DNA of 64,000 nt, from NCBI GenBank assembly GCA_035649275.1, contig DASRJW010000024.1, forward strand, positions 3,759-67,758, written 5' to 3'. Of the stretch, positions 35,771 to 43,987 are shown in pieces. Source of the DNA: Candidatus Krumholzibacteriia bacterium. GTDB taxonomy: Bacteria; Krumholzibacteriota; Krumholzibacteriia; G020349025. Position 1 is the first letter of the stretch, and each line of letters begins with the position of its first letter. The notes under the pieces are model-generated. The model did not search any database and was not told the DNA's origin. It saw only the letters and a program-made list of their open reading frames with translations. The position numbers were made by a program, and so were the translations under genes.

Positions 35771-36325
35771 ATGCTCTTCGATCGGCGTCCGTATTACCTG
35801 GCCGGGCTCGTGGTCGGACTGGCCGTCGCGGCGTTGATTTGGTTCGGACCGAAGACGACTCCAGCAGAACGCGTCGCCAAGGACGTGGCGGTGCTCGCCC
35901 AGGAACCCTGGGATTCCGTGCGCGTCGTCGACCTCGTCTTCGAGGGACCGGCGCAACATCCGACGGATGTCATCGTCAAGGGCGTGCGTCCCAATGGCAC
36001 TCCCGTGGTCGTGCACTTCGCAGCGGACAGTCCGTACACGGCGCGGTCGGCGATGGAACGCCTGCAAGCGCAGGATCCGGATCGCCTGGCGGAGATCCTC
36101 ATGGTGCCCCGCTCCCTCGTGCAGCCCGAGTTCCGCTCGCGCTTCCACCGCGACGCCACCCATGCCGGGATCGCCTATTTCGCCGGCACCCTCCCGGAGG
36201 CGGCGACGTCCCCGGCGCCGGGAGCGCCACCGGGTTCGCAGCAGTCCTCGTCGTTGCCGGCGGATTCTGGCGCGGGATCCGCCGCGCCCGCGGAGACCGC
36301 CCAGCCCGCTGCCAACGCGCACTGA
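35771..36325 (+). CDS. Hypothetical membrane-anchored protein
   Basis: N-terminal TM helix (YYLAGLVVGLAVAALIWF) and a low-complexity Ala/Pro tail. 184 aa. Confidence 0.45.
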   Translation: MLFDRRPYYLAGLVVGLAVAALIWFGPKTTPAERVAKDVAVLAQEPWDSVRVVDLVFEGPAQHPTDVIVKGVRPNGTPVVVHFAADSPYTARSAMERLQAQDPDRLAEILMVPRSLVQPEFRSRFHRDATHAGIAYFAGTLPEAATSPAPGAPPGSQQSSSLPADSGAGSAAPAETAQPAANAH

Positions 36326-36371
36326 GCCGCCTTCCCTCCGCGCTGCTGGGTCCCGTCTGCTCCAGTCGGAG

Positions 36372-37406
36372 GTGTTCCTGGAGGCTCGACTCGAACGGGC
36401 GTTGCGCGACCGTCTCGAACGCCTGCCGGCTGGGCTCCGGCCGCGCTTGCCTCGGGACGAGCGCATCGTCTTCATCGACAACCCGAGGTCCGGTGGCGGC
36501 ACGTACGCGGCGTACGCCGAGTGGGCGCGGCAGCTCTACAACTTCTTGGGTTACGACGTGCGGCTGCTGAGCACCGAACGTCCGGGCCACGCCGCGGAGC
36601 TGGCGCAGCGCGCTGCCGCAGAAGGCGCCACTCTCATCGTCGTCTGCTCCGGGGACGGCGGCGTCCGGGACAGCGTCGCCGGCCTCCTCGCACTCCCCGA
36701 GGAAAAACGGCCCAAGCTTTCGGTGCTGCCGAAGGGCACCGCCAACGTGCTCGCCAAGACCTTCGGTCTGCAAGTAGGACCGTTCCCCGACTTCCTGCAT
36801 GCCTGTTTCCGCCAGCTGTACTGGGCGCGTGAGCGTCCGCTCGATGTGGGTTTCCTCGACGACACGGCCTTCGCCTGCTTCGCCGGCTTCGGCTTCGATG
36901 CCGATCTCATCGAGAACGTTCCCGAACGCGACAAGCGCTTGCTCAAAGAATGGGCTTACGTGTTCTCCGGGTTGCGTACCCTCTTCGGTTGGAACCCGGC
37001 GGAGCGGCGCTTCCGGCCCTACGAATTGCCGCGGATGCGTGTGCGCGGCACCGATCCCGAGGGGCGCCGGTTGGAGTTGTACGGCTACTTCGTCGCCGTG
37101 GGCAACGTGCGCGATTACGGCTCCCGCCTCTTCCCCTTCATGCGGAACGCCCGGCCCGACGACGGCCTCCTGGACGTGGTCGTGGTGGACACGCGGGATC
37201 TGCTCGAGCTGCTGCGCATCGGCCAGCAGGTGCTGGCGCGGACGCACCTGCGCCACCCCCTCGTCCATTCCTTCCAGAGCCGCGAACCCTTGGAAGTGGA
37301 ATCCCTCGAGCATCCCGTGCCGATGCACGTGGACTGCGAGCTGCTGGCGCGAGAGAGCCGCTGCACGCTCCGCCTGGTCCCGTCGGCGCTCCGTATCCTC
37401 GCCTGA
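36372..37406 (+). CDS. Diacylglycerol kinase catalytic-domain (YegS/BmrU-type) lipid kinase
   Basis: DAGK_cat motifs (IVFIDNPRSGGG, VVCSGDGGV). GTG start inferred; the track ORF is over-extended upstream from 35967. Confidence 0.65.
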   Translation: MFLEARLERALRDRLERLPAGLRPRLPRDERIVFIDNPRSGGGTYAAYAEWARQLYNFLGYDVRLLSTERPGHAAELAQRAAAEGATLIVVCSGDGGVRDSVAGLLALPEEKRPKLSVLPKGTANVLAKTFGLQVGPFPDFLHACFRQLYWARERPLDVGFLDDTAFACFAGFGFDADLIENVPERDKRLLKEWAYVFSGLRTLFGWNPAERRFRPYELPRMRVRGTDPEGRRLELYGYFVAVGNVRDYGSRLFPFMRNARPDDGLLDVVVVDTRDLLELLRIGQQVLARTHLRHPLVHSFQSREPLEVESLEHPVPMHVDCELLARESRCTLRLVPSALRILA

Positions 37407-37454
37407 AGACTCCAGGCGCCCGGCGAGTGGACGGAGGCCGCGCGGGCACGGGGC

Positions 37455-38234
37455 ATGCACGGAAGCGCCGGCATGCAGCAACAGACATTCCAAGGAGCGT
37501 GGGGCGCGCTAGGCGCTGCCCTGCGGGGCGTGATCGCCGCGCTCGGCATCAGCCTCGGTACCGCCCCGGTGTGCCACGCCCAGGCGGTGGATCGCGTGGC
37601 GCTCTTCACCGAGTGGGTGAGTGACGCCGACAGTCCGCCAGGCCGCCGGGCCGATTATGTCGACCCGATCGTGTTCGCCGCGCGAGGACCGATGTACACC
37701 GTCCTCGATGTGGGCACCTTCGCGCGCGGTCTCGAAGTGGGGGGTACCTGGCGCGATCGGCGGCGCGCGAGCTACACACCCTTCGTCCGCCGGCGTCAGG
37801 GCGGCGCCGTGGACGACACGGCCTTCGAGTTCGCCACCGCGCAGCCACTGCGACGCGTCGTCGGCACCGCGGCGCTGCGCTTGCAGTGGCCCGACCACCC
37901 CGAGGATGCCAACGTGCTCTTCATCCCCTCGGTCGGCGCCGAGATGTACACGAGCGACTACTCCTTCGCCGCTTTCCGCGCCATCCTCGATCCCCGGCCC
38001 GGGGCAGGGGTCGCCTTCATGCTCTCGCACCGGTTCGCCCGCCGGGACGCCTTCTTCGAAACCATGCTTCTGCCGCGCACCGACGGCGTTCTCAACTGGA
38101 GCGTGCGCGGCCGCTGGCGCTGGTTCCATGCCGGTTACACCCGCGACCAGGATTTCGACTACTCCCGCATCGATCGCTCGGTGTGGGTCTTCGGCCTGCA
38201 GCTCGACCTCCACCAGGACGATTTGGGCTCCTAA
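37455..38234 (+). CDS. Hypothetical secreted protein
   Basis: Signal peptide ending ...APVCHAQA. 259 aa, no family call. Confidence 0.45.
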   Translation: MHGSAGMQQQTFQGAWGALGAALRGVIAALGISLGTAPVCHAQAVDRVALFTEWVSDADSPPGRRADYVDPIVFAARGPMYTVLDVGTFARGLEVGGTWRDRRRASYTPFVRRRQGGAVDDTAFEFATAQPLRRVVGTAALRLQWPDHPEDANVLFIPSVGAEMYTSDYSFAAFRAILDPRPGAGVAFMLSHRFARRDAFFETMLLPRTDGVLNWSVRGRWRWFHAGYTRDQDFDYSRIDRSVWVFGLQLDLHQDDLGS

Positions 38235-38423
38235 AGGCTCCGCACCCATTCCGCTCTCCCGACTCGACCTGCCGCCGGGGTCGTCTTGACGAAGCGTGCC
38301 GGCCGGCGGACACTGCTCTCTCTTTCTGCTTGCCGCGAGGAGCCCGTGCGCGGTGACTCCACGGGGATCTGCACCGAGAAGACCAGGGACGAGGTGCCGG
38401 ATGGCCAGACGTGCGAGGGCCGC

Positions 38424-39449
38424 GTGCCGCGGCTGAAAGTCTACGGGGCGCTGGTCCTGGTCCAGATCATCTTCGGCGTGCACTACTTCGCCTCCAAGCT
38501 CGTGCTCGAGATGATGCCGCCGCGGGCTTGGGCCGCGATCCGCATTCTCGGAGGCGCCGGCCTCCTTGCCCTCTACAATCTGCTCTTCCTGCGCCGTCTG
38601 CCGAACAGCCGGGGCGACGTGGGTCGTCTCGCCCTCTACGCCGTGCTCGGCGTGGTGCTCAATCAGGTACTGTTCGTGGAAGGCCTGTCGCGCACCTCGC
38701 CCTCGCACTCGGCCATCATCAACAGCGTCATCCCGGTCGCCACCCTCGCCTTCGCCATCCTCCTCGGCCGGGAGCGCCGCACCGCTCGGCGGCTGGCCGC
38801 CATCGTCGTGGCCTGTGCCAGCGTTCTACTGCTGCTCCGGATCGAGAACTTCCGCTTCGAAGAGACCTGGGTCCGGGGCGATCTGCTCACCCTGGGCAAC
38901 GCTTGTTCCTTCTCCGTGTTCCTGGTGCTGTCGCGGAACTTGCTGCGGCGCACCCATCCGCTCGCCGCCACTTCCTGGCTCCTCGGCTTCGGGGCGGTGG
39001 GGATCACGATGATCGGGGCGCAGCCGCTCGCGCAGGTGAGTTTCGCGGCGCTGCCCGGGAGCTTCTGGTGGCTCGCGGCTTATATCATCGTCTGCGCCAC
39101 GGCTCTCGCCTACTTCCTCAACTACTACGCGTTGCAGTACGTGGAGTCGTCGATGGTGGCGCTGTTCATCTACCTGCAGGCGCCCATCGCCGCGACGCTG
39201 TCGTTCCTCCACAAGGGTGAGGCGCCGACGCTGCGCTTTCTCCTGGCCGGAGCCGGGATTTTTGCCGGCATCTATCTCGCGGTATCGGGCGGTGGTGAGG
39301 ACAGGCTGGGGAAGAGTGCGGCCCGACGGGTTGCGAGCAGGCGGGCTGACGCTGCCGCGGCAGCTCCGGCCGGAGCGCCGTCAGCGGACCGAACGGCGCC
39401 GAGCGCTGACGGCTCGGCGGCGAAGGCGGCAGGAAGAGAACGGCCATGA
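38424..39449 (+). CDS. EamA/DMT-family transporter
   Basis: Two EamA-like halves and 10 TM helices. Start chosen at the GTG at 38424; the track ORF starts at 38286. Confidence 0.7.
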   Translation: MPRLKVYGALVLVQIIFGVHYFASKLVLEMMPPRAWAAIRILGGAGLLALYNLLFLRRLPNSRGDVGRLALYAVLGVVLNQVLFVEGLSRTSPSHSAIINSVIPVATLAFAILLGRERRTARRLAAIVVACASVLLLLRIENFRFEETWVRGDLLTLGNACSFSVFLVLSRNLLRRTHPLAATSWLLGFGAVGITMIGAQPLAQVSFAALPGSFWWLAAYIIVCATALAYFLNYYALQYVESSMVALFIYLQAPIAATLSFLHKGEAPTLRFLLAGAGIFAGIYLAVSGGGEDRLGKSAARRVASRRADAAAAAPAGAPSADRTAPSADGSAAKAAGRERP

Positions 39450-40828
39450 CGCTTCCGGAGCAGGCAGAGGTCGTCATCTGTGGTGCCGGGATCGCCGGCG
39501 TAGCCGTGGCGCACCAGCTCACTGTCCACGCCGGCGTGCGTGATGTTCTCCTCGTCGACGATAGGCCGCCACTCACCCTCACCAGTGACAAGTCCACCGA
39601 GGCTTATCGCAACTTCTGGCCCGGCCCCGACGGGGCGATGATCGCCCTCATGAATCGCAGCCTCGACTTGATGGAAGAGCTCGCCCGGGGGACCGACAAC
39701 GTCTTCAGGTTGAACCGGCGCGGTTATCTCTACGCCACCGCCGTACCGGCGCGGGCCGCAGCGCTGGAGCGCGCCGCCACGGCTGCCGCCGCCCAGGGTG
39801 CTGGTCCGCTCCGCGTGCACGACCATGCCGATTCCGGCGGCTACGCACCTTCGCCGCCCGAGGTCTTCGAACATCAGCCTCTGGGTGCCGACCTCATCGT
39901 GCAGCGTGCGCTGCTGCGCCGGCACTTCCCGTATCTCACCGAGCGCGCCGTGGCTGCCCTACATGTGCGACGCTGCGGCTGGTTCAGCGGCCAACAGCTC
40001 GGCATGCTGCTCTTGGAACGGGCGCGTACTCGCGGTGCTGTGCTCGCGGCGGCACGTCTCGAAGCCGTGGAGGTCGCCGGCGGACGTGTGCACGGGGTCG
40101 TGCTCCGGGAAGGGGGGCGCACGCAGCACCTGCGCACCAGCTGTTTCGTCGACGCGGCAGGACCGCACTTGGTGTCGGTGGCAGCCCTGCTCGGTATCGA
40201 GTTGCCGGTGTTCTGCGAGCTCCACCTGAAGGCATCGTTCCGGGATACGCGAGGTGCCGTTCCCCGCGCCGCGCCGCTCCTCATCTGGGACGACCCGCAA
40301 GAGTTGGAATGGTCCGACGAAGAGCGAGAGCTGCTCGCAGCCCAGGAAGAGAGTCGCGGTTTCCTGGGTCTTCTCCCCGCCGGTGTCCACGCCCGACCGG
40401 AGGGAACCATGGAAGGCGAACAGGTCCTCGTGCTCTGGCCGTACCATGCGCAGCCGGTGGAGCCGCACTTCCCGCTCCCCGAGGAGCCTCAGTTCGCCGA
40501 GATCGCCTTGCGCGGCATGGCCACCATGCTGCCCGGGCTGCGGGCCTATCTCGATGCCGTGCCACGCACCTTCGTCGATGGCGGTTACTACGTGAAGACG
40601 CGAGAGAACCGTTGTCTCGTCGGGCCTCTACCGGTCGGTGGCGCTTACGTGCTGGGTGCGCTCTCCGGCTACGGCTTGATGGTGGCCTGCGGGGCGGCGG
40701 AGTTGCTCGGAGCCCACATCACCGGCGCACTGCTGCCTGAATACGCCGGCGCCTTCACGCTCTCGCGCTACGACGACCCCGCCTATCGGCGGCTCCTCGA
40801 GGACTGGGGGCCGACGGGGGAACTCTAG
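39446..40828 (+). CDS. FAD-dependent oxidoreductase (DAO / glycine-oxidase-like)
   Basis: N-terminal dinucleotide-binding motif VVICGAGIAGVAVA. 460 aa. Start overlaps the EamA stop (ATGA). Confidence 0.75.
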   Translation: MTLPEQAEVVICGAGIAGVAVAHQLTVHAGVRDVLLVDDRPPLTLTSDKSTEAYRNFWPGPDGAMIALMNRSLDLMEELARGTDNVFRLNRRGYLYATAVPARAAALERAATAAAAQGAGPLRVHDHADSGGYAPSPPEVFEHQPLGADLIVQRALLRRHFPYLTERAVAALHVRRCGWFSGQQLGMLLLERARTRGAVLAAARLEAVEVAGGRVHGVVLREGGRTQHLRTSCFVDAAGPHLVSVAALLGIELPVFCELHLKASFRDTRGAVPRAAPLLIWDDPQELEWSDEERELLAAQEESRGFLGLLPAGVHARPEGTMEGEQVLVLWPYHAQPVEPHFPLPEEPQFAEIALRGMATMLPGLRAYLDAVPRTFVDGGYYVKTRENRCLVGPLPVGGAYVLGALSGYGLMVACGAAELLGAHITGALLPEYAGAFTLSRYDDPAYRRLLEDWGPTGEL

Positions 40829-40834
40829 GTCGCC

Positions 40835-41254
40835 TCAGGGATGGAAGGGCACGTGGCGAACGGAGCGGACGCGGTACACGTCCGCGGCCTGCAGCTTGAA
40901 GATGCCGGACATCCCCGTGGACGAGGCGATGGCCTCGATGTGGATGTCCATGGCCTCGAAGATCGGCCCCGCTTTCTCGGAACGCTCGAACTCGAGAGCC
41001 AGGACCCAGTTCGCGGCGGCGGCGACGTCGGCCAGCATCACCGCGGCGCGCGGATTCTCGCGCACGTTGCGGATGGTCTTGTTGAAGAACTGGAAGGAAA
41101 GTGCGACGTGCGACTCGTCCACGTAGTAGACCTGCGAGATGATGGTCGCGTTCGGGACGCCAGCGGTGGAGCAGGTGACGATCACGGCCGGGATGCCATT
41201 GTCGAGGACGGGCCGGAGCGCAGCGGGCAGCTTCGCGGTTTCCACGTCGGTCAC
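40835..41254 (-). CDS. Pyridoxamine 5'-phosphate oxidase-like (split-barrel FMN-binding) family protein
   Basis: 139-aa split-barrel-like sequence. 4-nt overlap with the upstream gene. Confidence 0.5.
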   Translation of the reverse strand: MTDVETAKLPAALRPVLDNGIPAVIVTCSTAGVPNATIISQVYYVDESHVALSFQFFNKTIRNVRENPRAAVMLADVAAAANWVLALEFERSEKAGPIFEAMDIHIEAIASSTGMSGIFKLQAADVYRVRSVRHVPFHP

Positions 41255-41742
41255 GCCCCTCCTGCCCCTACCGGCGGGACGAGGCGCGTACCGGCGCCGG
41301 GTCCCGGCGTTTGCAGGAAGATTTCCTCCACCTGAATCTCCACTGCCAGCGCGGGCTCCAGCATGTAGTCGCGGAGGAGCTGCTCCGGAAGTTCCGGGAA
41401 CATGGTGCGCACACCCTTCTGAAAACGAGCGACGATGCGCGCGTGAGCGGCGTGGTCCTGCGGCTCGGGATCCCGGTGGCGGAGGTAGCGGCCCTTGAAC
41501 TGATAGGTCTCGTGCGAGGGAAACTCCTCGATGGTGACCGAGTACTGCCCGTTGTCCGTGAGGTTGTCGACGAGCTGATCGGTGAACTGGGCGGGCACCA
41601 GGCAGATCAGCGAATCCCGATCCGCTCCGATCCGCCAGCCGATGACGCGATGCCCGTAGGGGACGAGATCCCGGTCGCGGCTTCCCGAGGTGGCAACGTT
41701 GGCGTATTCCTCGAGGAATCTCTGGATCTTGCCCGGAATCAT
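41251..41742 (-). CDS. Pyridoxamine 5'-phosphate oxidase-like family protein
   Basis: Start at MIPGKIQRFLEEYANVATSG (ATG 41742). The track ORF 41251..42114 carries an Arg/Ser-rich junk extension. Confidence 0.5.
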   Translation of the reverse strand: MIPGKIQRFLEEYANVATSGSRDRDLVPYGHRVIGWRIGADRDSLICLVPAQFTDQLVDNLTDNGQYSVTIEEFPSHETYQFKGRYLRHRDPEPQDHAAHARIVARFQKGVRTMFPELPEQLLRDYMLEPALAVEIQVEEIFLQTPGPGAGTRLVPPVGAGGA

Positions 41743-41764
41743 CGTCCCCCCGTGACTCTCGCGC

Positions 41765-42064
41765 CTAGCTCCACTTCTTCCCGAGTCCGTCGAGACCGGC
41801 TTCCTTGAGGTCTTCGGGACGCATTGCGATTCTGAACTCGCAGTCTGCGTCGAAGCTGAGGAACCACGGTTCGGCGAAGGACGGAACTTGCGAAGGGTTC
41901 TCGATGTGAATGACGAGAATCGCTCCCCGCGTTCCGTTCTGTTCGGTGAAGTAGACAGCTTCGGGCTTGGTGGCCTCGAGAATCTTGTTGATCGTCGCGC
42001 CGGCGCTTCCGTCTCTGACCTTGGAGTTGAACGGTTCGTGCGGAATACGAACCGTGAGCAGCAT
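41765..42064 (-). CDS. Small hypothetical protein (99 aa) in a low-GC segment
   Basis: MLLTVRIPHEPFNSKVRDGSAGATINKILEATKPEAVYFTEQNG...; local GC is clearly lower than the flanks. Confidence 0.45.
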   Translation of the reverse strand: MLLTVRIPHEPFNSKVRDGSAGATINKILEATKPEAVYFTEQNGTRGAILVIHIENPSQVPSFAEPWFLSFDADCEFRIAMRPEDLKEAGLDGLGKKWS

Positions 42065-42155
42065 ACGCACGGTCCACTCCTTCGTTTTCGGGATACTAGT
42101 GAGGGCGACCGCACGCACAGTACAATGTCGGGCCGCGAGAGTCAACGACGGGCGC

Positions 42156-42509
42156 TCAGACGACGCCGAGCTTGCCGAGCGGCCGGCGGCCGGAGAAGCC
42201 GGTGCTGTAGTCGTGGAAGAACTCGATGGTGGCTTCCGGGTGGTGCCAGCAGTAGTAGATGCCGTCGCCGCTGTCGAAATCCACCAGCCACATGCCTTTC
42301 ACCTCGACTCCCAGCTCCATGATCGCCGCCCCCCAGGCGCGCAGGATGCGATCGTATTGCTCTTCGAGCCCGCGTCGGGCGTCGCCTTCCGGCTTGGCTT
42401 CGAGCTGCCGGACCACCGCCTCGGCTTCCTTCACCGCCGCAGCGGTGATGGCCTGCACCCGGGGCAGCGTCTCCCGGGATTCCTTCAAGGTGAAGATGCG
42501 TTTGCTCAT
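42156..42509 (-). CDS. DUF2203-like small protein
   Basis: 117-aa ORF starting MSKRIFTLKESRETLPRVQ. The 588-aa track ORF 42156..43922 is an artefactual extension antisense to pepP. Confidence 0.5.
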   Translation of the reverse strand: MSKRIFTLKESRETLPRVQAITAAAVKEAEAVVRQLEAKPEGDARRGLEEQYDRILRAWGAAIMELGVEVKGMWLVDFDSGDGIYYCWHHPEATIEFFHDYSTGFSGRRPLGKLGVV

Positions 42510-42568
42510 CGTCCCATCACCGTCTTCCACCGGCTTTCTCCAATCATTCGCGCCGCGGGGGGCCCCCG

Positions 42569-43975
42569 TCAAGCGCTCGCCAGAGCACCGGCACGCAGGG
42601 CCTCCAGGGCCTCGATCTCCTTGGGAACCGCTGCGGTCAGCACCTCGTGCCCACCTTGGGTGACGAGCACGTCGTCCTCGATGCGCACGCCGATGCCGCG
42701 GAAACCCGGCGGCACCCCTTCGAGGTCGGCGGCGACGTAGAGACCGGGCTCCACGGTGAGAACCATCCCCGGGGCGAAGCTGCGGGCGCCGCCTTCGACG
42801 GCGTAGAGACCCACATCGTGGACGTCCAGTCCCAGCCAATGGCTGGTGCGGTGCATGTAGAACTTGCGGTAGTCGCTCGATTCCCGCACCCGCTCCGCCG
42901 GGCCCTCGGCGAGGCCCAACTCCACCAGCCCCGCGCAGAGCACCTGAACGGCGCGCTCGTGGGGAGCTTCGAAGGAACCGCCCGGGCGCACCGTATCGAT
43001 GGCCTGCTTCTGCGCTTCCAGGACCACGGCGTAGAGGGCGCGTTGCTCGCTGCTGAACGAGGCTCCCACCGGGAAGGTGCGGGTGATGTCGGCGGCGTAG
43101 AGATCGGCCTCGGCGCCGGCGTCCACCAACAGGAGATCGCCTTCGCGAAGCACGGAGTTGTTGTCGCGGTAGTGCAAGATGTTGGCGTTGTCGCCACCGC
43201 CCACGATGGTGCCGTAGGCGGGACCGCGGGCGCCGCGCCGGCGGAACTCGTACTCGATCAGGGCTTCCACCTCGTACTCCCGCATGCCTGGGCGGGTCTC
43301 GCGCATGGCGCGGAGGTGGCCCGCCGCCGTGGCGGCCACCGCGGCACGCATGCGTTCGAGCTCGTAGGCGTCCTTCACCAAGCGCATCTCGTGCAGCACC
43401 GTGCCCGGGTCCTGCAGCTGCACGATGCCGTGCCCGCGTCGCGCCCGGGTGCGACGGTGGTCGTCGACGAGGCGCTGGACGAGCCGGTCCAGGACGGCGT
43501 CGCGTCCCCAGGCGTAATACAGCGTGTCGACGTCGCTGAGCAGCTCCGGAAGGCGCGCTTCCAGCTCCTCCACGGAGTAGGCGGCGTCGGCGCCATAAAG
43601 ACGTTGGGCGTTGTCCACCCCCACACGGCGGCCGTTCCAGATCTCGGCGTCGCGGTTCTTCGGGCGAACGAAAAGAACGTAGCGCGCGGCCGTTCGCCCG
43701 GGGAGCAGGAGGCAGACGGCGTCGGGCTCCTCGAAACCGGTGAGGTAGTAGAAGTCGCTGTCCTGCCGGAAGGTGTATTCCGAGTCGGCGCTGCGCAGCC
43801 GCAACCGCGCGGCGGGAACGAGGATGGCGCCGCTCTGCAGCGCCTCCATCAGTCGGAGGCGGCGCTCTGCAGTCCGACTGAGGAGGTCCTGGGGTTCCGC
43901 CAACGTTTCCCTCCGCGCGCATGCAGGACGAAGGGAGGCAGTATAACGGAGACGCGCTCCTGGCGGGCGCCGCAC
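42569..43975 (-). CDS. pepP: Xaa-Pro aminopeptidase (aminopeptidase P, M24B)
   Basis: Collinear with E. coli PepP (SADSEYTFRQDSDFYYLTG, HEMRLVKD, DITRTFPV, HRTSHWLGLDVHD, GIGVRIEDD). The true start may be an internal TTG near LAEPQDLL. Confidence 0.85.
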   Translation of the reverse strand: MRRPPGARLRYTASLRPACARRETLAEPQDLLSRTAERRLRLMEALQSGAILVPAARLRLRSADSEYTFRQDSDFYYLTGFEEPDAVCLLLPGRTAARYVLFVRPKNRDAEIWNGRRVGVDNAQRLYGADAAYSVEELEARLPELLSDVDTLYYAWGRDAVLDRLVQRLVDDHRRTRARRGHGIVQLQDPGTVLHEMRLVKDAYELERMRAAVAATAAGHLRAMRETRPGMREYEVEALIEYEFRRRGARGPAYGTIVGGGDNANILHYRDNNSVLREGDLLLVDAGAEADLYAADITRTFPVGASFSSEQRALYAVVLEAQKQAIDTVRPGGSFEAPHERAVQVLCAGLVELGLAEGPAERVRESSDYRKFYMHRTSHWLGLDVHDVGLYAVEGGARSFAPGMVLTVEPGLYVAADLEGVPPGFRGIGVRIEDDVLVTQGGHEVLTAAVPKEIEALEALRAGALASA

Positions 43976-43987
43976 GGGCGCCGCTCT